The notes: a model not told the origin generated them from the letters alone. Shown: positions 36,849 to 49,279, counted from the first letter of the stretch. The stretch: 64,000 nt of DNA from Planktothrix sp. GU0601_MAG3 (GCA_035193785.1 CP136572.1:576001-640000), one strand, 5' to 3'. Numbers and translations are program-made.

Positions 36849-38528
36849 TCATAGACGGTGGGATTGGGTTATTTTTAAACTCAAGAAAATAACCGGAATA
36901 ATCCCTACTAAAACAATCGCTAAGGCGGGTGCAGAGGCTTCAGCTAATCGTTCATCCGAAGCTAAATTATATACCCGAACTGCCAAGGTATCAAAATTGA
37001 ATGGACGAATAACTAATGTTGCTGATAATTCTTTCATAACATCGACAAAAGTTAACATTCCGGCCGTTAACAATCCACTCCACATAATCGGAGTATGAAC
37101 TTTAATTAAAGTGCCAGTCGCCCCGTATCCTAAGCTACGGGCAGCTTCATCTAAATTAGGTTTGATTTTACTTAAACTCGATTCTACTGTCCCGAAAGAA
37201 ACCGCTAAAAATCGGACTAAATAGGCATAAATTAAAGCGATAATTGTGCCACTCAATAACAATCCCGTAGAAATCCCAAAGGTAGACCGCATTACCCCAT
37301 CAATTGCATTATCTAATTGACCAATTGGAATTAAAATACCCACCGCAATTACCGAACCTGGAATCGCATATCCCATGGCGGCAATACGGGTAGATAATCG
37401 CATCAAAGAATTAGAATTTAACCGGACACCGTAGGCCATAATTAAGGCGATGAGAACTGCTAAAATTCCGCTAATAGTCGCTAAAGTTAAACTGTGTAAG
37501 GCATAACTCCAAAACTCGGAATTAAAAAAGGTTCCTAAATTTTCTAAGGTCATTTTGAATAAAATTATACTGGGAATCAAAAACCCAAATACTATCGGAA
37601 ATAAACAGATAAAACAGGCTAATCCGGCTCTCAATCCTTTGAGTTTAAATTGGTTTAACGATTGAAAGCGATTTCCTGTTTGGTAATATTGGGCTTGACG
37701 ACGTGACCAAAGTTCGAGTAGAATTAATCCCAATATAAATAACATTAAAACCGCCGCCAATTGGGAAGCCGCTACCCGTTCTCCCATGCCGAACCAGGTT
37801 CGATAAATTCCGGTTGTAAAGGTATCAACGCCGAAATATTGCACGGTTCCAAAATCATTTAGGGTTTCCATTAATGCTAAAGCTAATCCGGCAATAATAG
37901 AGGGACGAGCCAGAGGTAAAGCTACGGTAAAAAAACTTTGCCAAGGGTTACAACCAAGGGAACGACTCGCTTCTAAGGTGCAGGTTGATTGTTCTAAAAA
38001 AGCAACTCTAGTTAATAAATAAACGTAGGGATATAAAGTTAAAGATAATAAAAAGATTGCCCCCCAAATAGAACGAATATCAGGAAACCAATAGTCATCA
38101 ATTCCACTAATACCAAAAGTGTTTCTCAGGAGGGTTTGCACCGGGCCATAAAATTCTAACCATTCGGTATAGACATAGGCGAGAATATAACTAGGGGCGG
38201 CTAGGGGAATTAACAACCCCCATTCAAATAAACGGCTACCCGGAAACCGACACATAGTTACTAACCAAGCACTACTCACACCCAGCAACAATACAGTTAT
38301 ACCAACGCCAAAGATTAGCAATAAGGAATTAAAAATATAACCCGGGAGAACCGTTGAACCTAAATGATTCCATACCTCGGCAGAATTAACGAAAATACTA
38401 CTTAATACAAATAATACCGGAGTGGCAATCAAAACGGCGATCGCCACCACGAAAACAGTCCAAACATCCAGCTTTAAACTACGGTAGGCTTTTATCAAGG
38501 ACTCCAAGGACGATAATGACACAACCAA
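36849..38528 (-). CDS. futB: Fe(III) ABC transporter permease
   Basis: Two EAA loops (LEASRSLG, LDEAARSLG), DFGTVQYFGV, KELSATL. Confidence 0.85.
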   Translation of the reverse strand: MVVSLSSLESLIKAYRSLKLDVWTVFVVAIAVLIATPVLFVLSSIFVNSAEVWNHLGSTVLPGYIFNSLLLIFGVGITVLLLGVSSAWLVTMCRFPGSRLFEWGLLIPLAAPSYILAYVYTEWLEFYGPVQTLLRNTFGISGIDDYWFPDIRSIWGAIFLLSLTLYPYVYLLTRVAFLEQSTCTLEASRSLGCNPWQSFFTVALPLARPSIIAGLALALMETLNDFGTVQYFGVDTFTTGIYRTWFGMGERVAASQLAAVLMLFILGLILLELWSRRQAQYYQTGNRFQSLNQFKLKGLRAGLACFICLFPIVFGFLIPSIILFKMTLENLGTFFNSEFWSYALHSLTLATISGILAVLIALIMAYGVRLNSNSLMRLSTRIAAMGYAIPGSVIAVGILIPIGQLDNAIDGVMRSTFGISTGLLLSGTIIALIYAYLVRFLAVSFGTVESSLSKIKPNLDEAARSLGYGATGTLIKVHTPIMWSGLLTAGMLTFVDVMKELSATLVIRPFNFDTLAVRVYNLASDERLAEASAPALAIVLVGIIPVIFLSLKITQSHRL

Positions 38529-38626
38529 ACACTCCCCAAAATTTAATTAGGTCTTAGTGAGAATATATCCTAAAAAGGGGGTACAATTAGAATGGAGTTT
38601 CAGCAATATTAGTTTCAAGATTACCG

Positions 38627-39749
38627 TTGAACCCTAAGATCAAATTAATGCCTGTAAAGATGACTCAATCTGTAATTCTGCATTTGGAGGAGGTCGGTAA
38701 ACAGTTTCCTCAAAACCAGACCCCAGCCGTTCAAGCCATTCACCTAGACCTACATGAAGGGGATATTTTAGGACTATTGGGCCCTTCTGGGTGTGGGAAA
38801 ACCACATTATTGCGAATGATTGCCGGATTTGAACAACCGGACACCGGAACGATTACCCTAGGGGGGCGGGAGGTCGCCGGGTTAGACTATTGGATACCGC
38901 CAGAACAACGGGATGTGGGAATGGTGTTTCAGGATTATGCCCTATTTCCCCATTTAACCGTTGCTAAAAATATTGCCTTTGGCTTAAAAAATACTAAGAA
39001 AAAATCTAGTTTAGGGATTCACAGACGGGTCGCAGAAGTTTTAGAATTAGTGGGATTATCGGGTTATGAAAAACGCTATCCCCATGAAATATCGGGAGGA
39101 CAGCAACAACGGGTAGCCCTAGCCCGCGCCCTAGCCCCCCATCCGGCTTTAGTATTATTAGATGAACCTTTAAGTAATTTAGATGTGCAGGTGCGGTTAA
39201 GATTGCGCCAGGAATTACGCGATATTTTAAAAGTAGCAGGAACCACCGCCATTTTTGTTACCCATGACCAAGAAGAAGCCCTATCAATTTCCGATTGGGT
39301 GGCGGTGATGCAGAACGGACGCCTAGAACAGTTTGGCACACCGGAAGCAATTTATCGGCAACCCGCCTCTCGGTTTGTGGCGGAATTTGTCACCCAAGCT
39401 AATTTTATTCCCGCCAAACGTCAGGGGGATTTTTGGGAAACGGAAGTGGGTTGTTTTGCGATTAACCCCTATCTTGTGGATGCGGTTACTCCCGATTGGG
39501 ATAAATTAGACCGGGTAGAATTAATGGTACGACAAGAGGATTTTATTCTTAAACCCGATGATAACGCTGCGGTGGTGATTCGCGATCGCCAATTTCTCGG
39601 ACGGGAAAACCACTATAGTTTGCAGGTTTCCTTCCGGTCGGGAATTGATCGCCCGAACCAGTGCGACAACGGCTTTACCCGTGGGAATGCGGGTTAATGT
39701 TTCTGTTCTGGAAAATGCTTTGCGGGTGTTTCCCAGTCGGAAAAATTAG
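38627..39749 (+). CDS. futC: Fe(III) ABC transporter ATP-binding protein; +1 at ~39627
   Basis: GPSGCGKT, FQDYALFPHL, ISGGQQQR, LLDEP; divergent from futB. Confidence 0.85.
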
Positions 39750-39849
39750 GGGTGAGTTAACATTTGATGGTGCGGTTTGTAGAGTGGGCGATCGCACCAT
39801 CAACATTAGGAATGTGGTTAAATTACAATCACATTAGATCTTACAATAG

Positions 39850-39941
39850 CAGGACTTACGCAGAATACCCAATTATACACCATCTGTAGGGGCGAATGGC
39901 CATTCGCCCCTACTAGATATGGTTGTTTTGCGTAAGTCCTG
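39850..39941. mobile_element. 92-bp MITE with internal REP-like hairpin
   Basis: TIRs CAGGACTTACGCA/TGCGTAAGTCCTG; 5-bp direct repeat AATAG on both flanks; internal gtaggggcgaatggccattcgcccctac. Confidence 0.9.
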
Positions 39942-40017
39942 AATAGGCAATAATGGATATATTGTAGGGGCAAATCCGATAACAAAACTCAAATAATCTT
40001 TATATAGGTTCAATTAT

Positions 40018-40578
40018 ATGCCTAAAAAAATTAGACTAATGACAGATTATGGATGTTATCCTTTATGGTGGGATGAACCTGATCAAGTGGGTGATTTAGA
40101 TCCAGAATCTTTACCTTTAAGTCAAGAAATTATTCAACGTTTGTATGATTGGGCTGATGCTTTTGAAGCTCGATTAAACTTGGCTGATCCTTCTGATTCT
40201 CCTGAAGTTACACCGGAAGAAGTAGAACGTTTTGAATGGGAAGGATTAAGTTTATGGAAACAGTTAAATCAGGAATTATACCCTAATTATGAAGTAGTTT
40301 ATTTTAGTAGTCATTTCCATCAAGTTTTTACTGATTCGGCTAAATTAGAGGAAAAATTAAAGCTAAATCTGATGAAATTTAATCGAATTTCTTGGGAAGA
40401 TGCCAGGGAAAATATCTCTCAATTGTTTGATCAAGTTGTAGTAAATCGAGATATTATTGTTATTAATCGTGCTGAAGGAGAAAGTGTTGTTTTAATGGCG
40501 ATAGAGGAATTGAATCATTTAATATCAACTGCTCATTTAGACCATGAAAAACAAACGATTGGGAAAAAAGATTATTAG
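40018..40578 (+). CDS. Acidic uncharacterised domain fused to a Phd/YefM antitoxin-like domain
   Basis: C-terminal ISWEDARENISQLFDQV...IVINRAEGESVVLM...TAHL matches the YefM pattern. Confidence 0.6.
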   Translation: MPKKIRLMTDYGCYPLWWDEPDQVGDLDPESLPLSQEIIQRLYDWADAFEARLNLADPSDSPEVTPEEVERFEWEGLSLWKQLNQELYPNYEVVYFSSHFHQVFTDSAKLEEKLKLNLMKFNRISWEDARENISQLFDQVVVNRDIIVINRAEGESVVLMAIEELNHLISTAHLDHEKQTIGKKDY

Positions 40579-40751
40579 AATTGTGGGGAATACGCGATCG
40601 CATTTTAACCTAAATCCTCCAGTTTGTCGGGTGCGTAGGGCGCAATTAATTGATTGGTAAATGCAATAATTAACAATCCGCCGCCCGCACCATCTTTTAT
40701 TAATTAACAACATTTTGGTGCGGGCGCGGATATCCTCACACCCTCCAGAAA

Positions 40752-41039
40752 CTATAATTGGTTTCGTTTTACGCCAATTCTGGTAATACCAAGAAGAATG
40801 AAAAGCAGCCCGGAGAATAGCCAAATTATTTCTGTAGGTACCCCCAATACTTCACGACCAGGGCCATAAGCTAAACTGGTAGCAACTACAATTAACCATA
40901 TACCTACCCCAAAAGTAATCCAAAGTTTTGCTGCTGTAATTGTTGGAGTATTATCCTCTATTTGATCACGAAATATAAAACCCACAACACCTTCAACACC
41001 CTTAATGATCTTGTCTGATAGCGGTAAAGACATTAGCAT
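40752..41039 (-). CDS. Small two-TM hypothetical protein
   Basis: 95-aa ORF with two hydrophobic stretches and an AGGAG RBS upstream. Confidence 0.5.
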   Translation of the reverse strand: MLMSLPLSDKIIKGVEGVVGFIFRDQIEDNTPTITAAKLWITFGVGIWLIVVATSLAYGPGREVLGVPTEIIWLFSGLLFILLGITRIGVKRNQL

Positions 41040-41322
41040 GAACTCCTAATTTGTAAGATCAGATGATATTTAAAAATATTGATTTAATTATAAACTTAGT
41101 TTATAATAATTGTCATCCGTGTTTTCACTGATTTTTAAATAATCAATGATCACAGCGTAGAGAAAATTATACTTACGCGATTCGTTATGTTCAGAATAAC
41201 AAGATAAGGTTTATTTATGTTGATGGTTTAGTTTATAGGGTACATGATGTTTTCAATGGGATATAATTATTGTATAATAATGATCTGATTTGCCATATTA
41301 ATATTATAAGAGGAAACAAGCA

Positions 41323-41713
41323 ATGATTCCAGGTGAACTAATTGTTAAAGCAGGTGAAATTGAACTGAATGTTGGTCGTCCGACTTTAAAGGTTCAAGTG
41401 GCAAATACAGGCGATCGCCCGATTCAAATTGGCTCACATTATCATTTTTATGAAGTCAATGAAGCCCTGAAATTTAAACGGGAAAAAACTAAAGGAATGC
41501 GGTTAAATATTCCCGCCGGAAACTGCGGTTAGATTTGAGCCGGGAGATGAACAGGAAGTTGAGTTAGTTTTGATGGGGGGAAGTTTGGAAATTTATGGGT
41601 TTAATGGCTTAGTGGAAGGTCAGTTAAATTTTAATTTATCCGAAGCAGAGAAACGGGATAAAAAAGAGAAGGTTAAGGAAGATAAAAAAGACAAGGGGAA
41701 GAAGAAAAAATAA
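41323..41713 (+). CDS. ureB: Urease beta subunit; +1 at ~41521
   Basis: [24 protein letters not shown], corrected [12 protein letters not shown]. Confidence 0.95.
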
Positions 41714-41809
41714 TTTTAGTTTGACTTGGGATTGTAGAATTAAATGATTGAAGAAGATTGAAGAAGATTGAAGAAAGCCCTGAAGGGCTTACTACTTAAG
41801 GAGTGAAAA

Positions 41810-43530
41810 ATGGGTTATAAAATGGATCGGCGGGCTTATGCTGAAACCTTTGGGCCGACGGTGGGCGATCGGATTCGGTTAGCGGATACGGAATTAATTA
41901 TTGAAGTCGAAATGGACTATACAAATTATGGGGATGAGGTGAAATTTGGGGGCGGAAAAGTAATTCGAGATGGCATGGGACAATCTCCAATTTCCCGTGC
42001 GGATGGGGCGGTGGATTTAGTAATTACCAATGCTTTAATTATGGATTGGTGGGGGATTGTTAAGGCAGATGTGGGGATAAAAGATGGGAAAATTTATAAA
42101 ATTGGGAAGGCGGGAAATCCCTATATTCAAGATAATATTGATATTATTATCGGCCCTTCTACGGAAGCGATCGCCGGGGAAGGAATGATCCTCACCGCCG
42201 GGGGAATTGATAGCCATATTCACTTTATTTGTCCTCAACAAATAGAGACTGCGATTGCATCAGGAATTACGACAATGATCGGGGGTGGAACTGGCCCGGC
42301 AACGGGAACAAATGCCACTACTTGTACTCCGGGTGCGTGGAATATTTATCGGATGTTAGAAGCGGCGGAAGCGTTTCCGATGAATTTGGGATTTTTAGGC
42401 AAAGGAAATAGTAGTCAACCCCAAGGTTTAGTCGAACAAATTGTGGCGGGGGCGATGGGTTTAAAACTACATGAAGATTGGGGAAACGACTCCGGCGACC
42501 ATTGATACTTGTTTAACAATTGCTGATCAATATGATGTTCAAGTTGCCATTCATACGGATACTTTAAATGAATCGGGGTTCGTAGAAACGACCATTGAAG
42601 CGTTTAAAAATCGGGTAATTCATACTTACCATACCGAAGGAGCGGGAGGGGGTCATGCACCGGATATTATTAAGGTTTGTAGCTTGAAAAATGTCTTACC
42701 ATCTTCTACAAATCCCACCCGTCCCTATACGATGAATACCTTAGAAGAACATTTAGATATGTTGATGGTTTGCCATCATTTAGATCGGAATATTCCAGAG
42801 GATGTGGCTTTTGCTGAGTCCCGAATTCGCCGAGAAACTATTGCCGCCGAAGATATTTTGCATGATTTAGGGGCATTTAGTATGATTTCTTCTGATTCTC
42901 AAGCGATGGGAAGGGTGGGAGAAACTATTATTAGAACTTGGCAAACTGCCCATAAAATGAAAGTGCAACGGGGGGTATTAACTGACCCAGAAAATTCCAC
43001 CGCATCCCATGATAATTTTCGGGTGAAACGCTATATTGCTAAGTATACAATTAATCCGGCTATTACCCATGGAATTGCTGATTATGTGGGGTCAATTGCT
43101 GAAGGAAAATTAGCGGATTTATGTTTATGGAAACCTGCTTTTTTTGGGGTAAAACCGGAATTAGTGATTAAGGGTGGATTAATTGCTTGGGCACAAATGG
43201 GGGATGCAAATGCGAGTATTCCTACTCCTCAACCTGTCTATGGTCGTCCGATGTTTGGGAGTTTTGGAAAAGCAATTTCATCTACTTCTTTAACCTTTAT
43301 GTCTCAAGCGGCTTTAGAGGCAAAAATTCCCGAACAATTAGGGTTAAAAAAACAATGTGTCGCGGTTTCTGGTACTCGAAATATTAGTAAAGCGGATATG
43401 AAATTAAATCATGCTTTACCGAAAATTGAGGTTGATCCTGAAACCTATCAAGTCAAAGCAGATGGGCAATTATTAACCTGTGAAACCTGCGGAGGTTTTA
43501 CCCATGGCGCAGCGTTATTTCTTGTTTTAG
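41810..43530 (+). CDS. ureC: Urease alpha subunit; +1 at ~42485 and ~43484
   Basis: [32 protein letters not shown]; corrected end [10 protein letters not shown]. Confidence 0.96.
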
Positions 43531-43677
43531 TTTTAGATAGATTTCGACAGATTTCGACAGATTGAAATCTATCGCTACACAGACAAAACCCGCCTGCGCG
43601 GGTTATAAAATCAAGTGTTAGCGATATTCTATTCTTTAATTATCCCCTATTCCCTCTTTTTTAAGGAGGGTTATGGG

Positions 43678-44475
43678 TTATAATTTTGTTAACCTATCTA
43701 AACAAAGTTGATGGGAAGAATTAAGTAAAGCTTGCCAAGCTAATAATACTACTCCTAATGTTCCTAAAGCGGTGGCGGAGGCGATCGCAAAAATTATAAT
43801 AATTTGATAACGCACCGCATCTAAAGGGTTTGCACCCGCTAAAATTTGACCTGTCATCATACCGGGTAAACTGACAATTCCCATTACCATCATCGAATTA
43901 ATCATGGGGATCATTCCAGTTCTAATAGCGGCTTGAACTTCTTCATGGGTTGCTTCCCAACGGGTTGCTCCTAATGCTAATAAGGTTTCGATTTTTTGGC
44001 GTTGATTAACTAAGGATTCCATGAATCTATCCAATCCTAAAGAAATCCCAGTCAGGGTATTTCCTAATACCATTCCCAACAAGGGAATAAAGTATTGAGG
44101 ATCATACCAAGGTTGCACTTGAATAATCCCCAAGGTGGTTAAATTGGTAATTAGAAATGATGATATAAAAACCGATAATAAACTTCTCCAATAAATTCCC
44201 ACAAATCTCCGAGAAGTTCGATTAACACCAGAAATCCCCGCAATTGTTGTCATGATCATTGCTAAGGCAATAATAGGAAAAGGATCAGATAAAGTAAACA
44301 GCCAATTTAAAACATATCCAATTAACAATAACTGCACCACCATGCGCACACTAGCAATTATTAATGATTGGGCTAGACCTAATTTTAGTCCTAAAGATAG
44401 GACAATATTAATCAGAATGAATAATACAGATAGGGCTAATTGTTCTACAGTAATCGGAATATAACTACTAGACAT
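43678..44475 (-). CDS. fetB: UPF0014/FetB-like ABC permease
   Basis: RMVVQLLLIGYVL, IPLLGMVLGN, GIVSLPGMMTGQILAG. Confidence 0.8.
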   Translation of the reverse strand: MSSSYIPITVEQLALSVLFILINIVLSLGLKLGLAQSLIIASVRMVVQLLLIGYVLNWLFTLSDPFPIIALAMIMTTIAGISGVNRTSRRFVGIYWRSLLSVFISSFLITNLTTLGIIQVQPWYDPQYFIPLLGMVLGNTLTGISLGLDRFMESLVNQRQKIETLLALGATRWEATHEEVQAAIRTGMIPMINSMMVMGIVSLPGMMTGQILAGANPLDAVRYQIIIIFAIASATALGTLGVVLLAWQALLNSSHQLCLDRLTKL

Positions 44476-44496
44476 TTTAGGATGAATCAGATATAA

Positions 44497-45144
44497 TTAT
44501 TGATCAGAAACTAATTCTTGTTGAACTTGAGTTACCCGACGTAATTGTTTAGAATCATGACTTGTCCAAATACAAGCTCGTTCGGGGTTTTCCGTTAACC
44601 AACGTTGGATTAAAGACTCAACTTGTTGCGTGGTTTTAGGGTCTAAAGAGGCGGTGGGTTCATCTAATAATAACACTAAGGGATCTAATTGTAATCCTCT
44701 AATTAATGCCACTAATTGTGTTTCGCCTCCTGAGAGATTTTGGGTAGATTGTTTTAGAAAATCTGGCGATCGCCCCACATCTAAAAACCAGTTTTCTACC
44801 CGTTGGGGGTTATAATGTTTTTGACGATGAACTAACAGATCATAAACCCTTTTTAAATTAGTTTCTACAGTTCCTTCTAATAATACTGGACGTTGATGTA
44901 AATAAATAACTAAAGAACGATATTGAGGGATATAACATTGGGTTAAAGGGCGATTTCCTAGTTTAATTTCCCCTTCATTAACGGGATCTAACCCCGCTAA
45001 TGATCGCATTAACATGGTTTTTCCGGTTCCTGTCGCCCCGACCAAACCCAAACACATCCCGGGGGATAATACCAAATCAACCCCTCGCCAAACCCATCGA
45101 GATTGAATTTTACGACCAAGATTAACAGCAGATAATTGGCTCAT
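44497..45144 (-). CDS. FetA-like ABC ATP-binding protein
   Basis: GATGTGKT, LSGGE, LLLDEPTASLD; adjacent to the fetB-like gene. Confidence 0.8.
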   Translation of the reverse strand: MSQLSAVNLGRKIQSRWVWRGVDLVLSPGMCLGLVGATGTGKTMLMRSLAGLDPVNEGEIKLGNRPLTQCYIPQYRSLVIYLHQRPVLLEGTVETNLKRVYDLLVHRQKHYNPQRVENWFLDVGRSPDFLKQSTQNLSGGETQLVALIRGLQLDPLVLLLDEPTASLDPKTTQQVESLIQRWLTENPERACIWTSHDSKQLRRVTQVQQELVSDQ

Positions 45145-45275
45145 TGGATATTAGGAACTATACTTTTCTATTCTATCAAAAACTTAAAGTGATTGATACA
45201 ATTATAAGTAATTCCTTATTTGTATTCGCAGGAAGAAGTGGGACAACTTCTAGGAAATAAAGATCAGGAAACAAG

Positions 45276-46031
45276 TCACACCGCCAAAAATCGTTGGATG
45301 ACTTCTTGACTTAAATCTTTGGTTGCACCGGAAGCCACAATTCCACCTTTTTGCATGGCATAATAACGGTCAGCTTGACGAACAAAATGTAAATGTTGTT
45401 CTACTAATAAAACCGAAATTCCTGTTGTTTGAATAATTCCCCGCACCGCCGCTTCAATTTCTAAAATAATTGAGGGTTGAATTCCTTCTGTGGGTTCATC
45501 TAAAACTAATAATTGTGGTTTTCCCATTAACGCCCTAGCAATAGCTAACTGTTGTTGTTGTCCGCCGCTTAAATCTCCTCCCATGCGGGATAACATAGTT
45601 TTTAAAACGGGGAATAATTCAAAAATTTCATCGGGAATTTCTGGCTTTCCTTTCGGTCTTTTGGGTAATGCTTCTAACCCTAATAATAGATTTTCTTTCA
45701 CCGTCACCCGGGGAATAACTTCCCGTCCTTGGGGAACATAACCAATACCTAATCTAGCCCGTTTATCCGTGGAAACTTTATTAATAGGTTGACCTTGAAA
45801 ATAAATTTCCCCGGTTTTGGGTTTGAGTAACCCCATAATACTTTTTAATAAAGTGGTTTTTCCCACACCATTCCGCCCAATTAAACATACCATTTGTCCG
45901 GGGGTAACGTTTAAATCTACATCGCGTAAAATATGGCTTTCTCCATAATAAACATTCAATCCAGATACTTTTAACATAATATCTGGCGGTGCTACAGATT
46001 CTATAACTGTCGCTTCTGTTCTTCCGATCAT
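45276..46031 (-). CDS. urtE: Urea ABC transporter ATP-binding subunit
   Basis: GRNGVGKT, YVPQGRE, DEPTEGIQPSII. Confidence 0.92.
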   Translation of the reverse strand: MIGRTEATVIESVAPPDIMLKVSGLNVYYGESHILRDVDLNVTPGQMVCLIGRNGVGKTTLLKSIMGLLKPKTGEIYFQGQPINKVSTDKRARLGIGYVPQGREVIPRVTVKENLLLGLEALPKRPKGKPEIPDEIFELFPVLKTMLSRMGGDLSGGQQQQLAIARALMGKPQLLVLDEPTEGIQPSIILEIEAAVRGIIQTTGISVLLVEQHLHFVRQADRYYAMQKGGIVASGATKDLSQEVIQRFLAV

Positions 46032-46186
46032 TTTGAAGTCCTCCTAGGATTAAAATTCAAACTTTATTTGATGTAGTAGCAAGGAAATTAATAGGGATCA
46101 CGGATTTAAGAGGATTTCACGGATTTCGCGGATTTTCATCTTTGTTAATCTGCGTCACCCCCTGCTCCCCCTGCCTCCCCTGCTCC

Positions 46187-46933
46187 CTATTCCTCTTGTT
46201 TTCCTAAATAAACTTCAATCACTCTGGGATCATTTTGCACTTCATCCATATCCCCTTGACATAATACCGAACCTTGATGTAAAACCGTCACGGTTCTGGC
46301 AATTTGTCGGACAAATTCCATATCATGTTCAATGACAATAATTGAGTGACTTTCTGCTAATGCTAACAGCAAATTCCCCACATTTTTCGTTTCTTCATCC
46401 GTCAGTCCGGCGACAGGTTCATCTACTAATAATAAATCGGGAGATTGTGCTACTAACATCCCAATTTCTAACCGTTGTTTTTCCCCGTGGGAGAGTAATG
46501 CGGCTGGAAAATCGGCTTTAACAATTAACCCAATGGTTTCTAATAGTCCCGCAACGTTTCTAATTTCTCCTCCTGTAGTTCGTTGAAATAAGGTGGGAAA
46601 TACATTTTTATTGCGGTTACAAGCTAAATCTAAATTATCTCTAACGGTTAAATTTAGATAAATTCTGGGGGTTTGAAATTTGCGTCCAATTCCAAAACAA
46701 GCAATTTGATATTCGGGCATTTTTCTAAGATTACGCCCTTTAAAAATTACCTGTCCTTCCGTGGGTTGAACTTTGCCCGTAATTACATCTAAAAACGTAG
46801 TTTTCCCAGCCCCATTCGGGCCAATAATTACCCGTAATTCCCCCACATCCATACTAAATGTTAGGTGGTTGAGGGCTTTAAATCCATCAAAGCTGACGGT
46901 GACATCATTAATTTCTAAAATTTTAGCATTCAT
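46187..46933 (-). CDS. urtD: Urea ABC transporter ATP-binding subunit
   Basis: VSFDGFKAL, LSHGEKQRLEIGM. Confidence 0.92.
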   Translation of the reverse strand: MNAKILEINDVTVSFDGFKALNHLTFSMDVGELRVIIGPNGAGKTTFLDVITGKVQPTEGQVIFKGRNLRKMPEYQIACFGIGRKFQTPRIYLNLTVRDNLDLACNRNKNVFPTLFQRTTGGEIRNVAGLLETIGLIVKADFPAALLSHGEKQRLEIGMLVAQSPDLLLVDEPVAGLTDEETKNVGNLLLALAESHSIIVIEHDMEFVRQIARTVTVLHQGSVLCQGDMDEVQNDPRVIEVYLGKQEE

Positions 46934-46937
46934 GGTT

Positions 46938-48117
46938 TTAATCTTTCCTTATTTTCTGTTCAAATTCCTCTCTTTCTAACTCGAGTTTCTGGGTCTTCTT
47001 CTAAAGTTGGATAGGTCGCCAAGGGTTTAGGAAATCCGAATAAAGCACGAACTTGATCAAAGCTAAAGTTTCTTACCCATCCCACAATTCCATCGGGTAA
47101 TATTGTCACTACAATTAAGAATAATGCCCCTTGAAAAAATAGCCAAACTTCGGGAAATTGTTCACTTAATACGGTTTTTCCTAACCGCACTAATAGGGTT
47201 CCTAAAATTGCCCCGATCAAACTTCCTCGCCCCCCTACTGCTACCCAAATTACTATTTCAATTGAAAAAGCAACATCCATCGCGTTCGGGGTAATAATTC
47301 CGGTTTGGACGGTATATAATGCCCCCGCAATTCCGGCAAATGCTCCCGAAATAGAAAAGACTAAAACCTTAAACCAAGTGGGATTATAACCGGAGAATCT
47401 CAACCGAAATTCATCATCTCGAATCGCAATTAACAAATTACCAAACCTGCCACTGGTCAACCAACGACAGATTAAATAGGTAGCAATTAAAAACAGAATT
47501 GTGATCTCATAAAATACTAACTGAACCGGGGCAGAACCGACAACAAATCCAAAGATTTTATCGGTTTCGGTTTTTAATCCGTTGGTTCCATTAATTAATT
47601 GTTGTTGACCATTAAAGAAGTTAAAGAAAACGATTAATGCCGCCTGGGTAATAATCGAAAAATACACCCCTTTAATCCGGTTTCTAAACACTAAATACCC
47701 TAATAATCCGGCAACAATCCCCGGAATAACAATCACGGCAAATATGGTGAAAGGAAAGGAATAAAAGGGTTTCCATAACCAGGGTAAATCATTGACTCCA
47801 TAGAGGGTAAAAAAATCGGGGATTTCTCCAGCAGGAAGTTGCAATTTGAGATACATGGCTAGGGCATAACCCCCTAAAGCAAAAAATATTCCATGTCCTA
47901 AACTCAATAATCCCGTATATCCCCAGATTAAATCAATTCCTAATGCGGCGATCGCTAAAGCCAAAAACCGACCTAACAGTTGTAACCGAAAAGTGGGTAA
48001 TATTAAAGGCATAATTATGGCAAAAAACAAGCCCAAACCCATAATAATTGCCCCTTCAATCAGCTTTTTTTTGTACTTCTGCTTCTTGGTTGGAGGTAAA
48101 ATAATATCATTGTTCAT
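46938..48117 (-). CDS. urtC: Urea ABC transporter permease (probable +1 near 46987)
   Basis: DLIWGYTGLLSLGHG, RIKGVYFSI, WVAVGGRG. Confidence 0.9.
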
Positions 48118-49279
48118 AGTTCAGCCGTTCTCCCTTTTTGTGGAAAGATTCCTGATGGTTTGACTTGTAAAAAGGCAATAATTAATACGAAAACCAATAC
48201 TTTTGACATACTGGTTGTCGCAAAAAAGTTGAAAAAATCAACGAAGAAAGGAGCGGCGTTCATGTTCGTTAATAATAGGGCTAGGGTTCCTGAACCAATT
48301 AAATAACTGGTAACACCAATGGCGAAGGAAGCAATCACGGTTTCCGAGGAGATTTCCCACCCCTCCCACCACCACCACCATGAAGGTATCAACGATATAA
48401 TTTTGTCCGGTATTGGGGCCGACTGAACCTAATAATGTAATCGCACATCCGGCAATTCCTGCGAGTCCTGAACCGATGGCAAAGGTCAGGGCATCAACGG
48501 TATCGGTGGGGATACCTAAACAGGCGCTCATGGTGCGATTTTGGGTGACTGAACGAATCCTTAATCCCCAGTTAGATTGGTTAAAAAACCAATAAATTCC
48601 GATTAAACAAATTATTGTTAAAACAATAATAAAAACCCGGGCATAGGGAATTTGAAATGTTCCTAATTCTAATCCTCCTCGCAACCAAGGCGGGGCAGTA
48701 ACATCGACGTTTCTGGCACTAAACCAAGGTTTTGATAGGGCTTTTTGACTTTGCCCAATTATTAATCCGATGGTTAGACCTATTCCTGATGATAAAAGGA
48801 ATAAAACAGAAATTGCCCACCGTTGAATATTCTCCCAATTGGGACGGCGACGTAGTACCCATAATCCGCCAAAAAATAGTAGGCAAAATATAACAATTCC
48901 GATCACAAATGTACTACTAACACTGCGAACAAATTGTTGTAAAATTAAACTCACCCCCCAAGTGGCTAATAAGGTTTCTAAGGGTCTTCCATACAAAAAT
49001 CTAATTACACCTCTTTCTAATGCTAATCCCGCCAAGGCTGTGACAATAAAGGCAATCGGAATGGCAAAAATAATGTAGGTACTAAATAGAGGTTCTCCCA
49101 GGGGTCTGAAGATATTTTGAACTACAAAGGTTGTATAGGCTCCTAACATAATTAGTTCCCCGTGAGCCAGGTTAATTACACCCATGAGCCCAAAGACAAT
49201 AGCAAGTCCTAATGCTGCCATTAACAGCACCGAAACCAATGCTAATTCCATTAAATATGGCTATTAACAAGTCTTGCAT
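48114..49279 (-). CDS. urtB: Urea ABC transporter permease; +1 at ~49234 and ~48342
   Basis: FGLMGVINLAHGE, LYGRPLETLLATWG; corrected start MQDLLIAIFNGISIGSVLL. Confidence 0.9.

Noticed and set aside
38553..38575. Fur box between futB and futC (gtgagaatatatcctaa)
   Set aside because: Only one half-site matches; too weak to call
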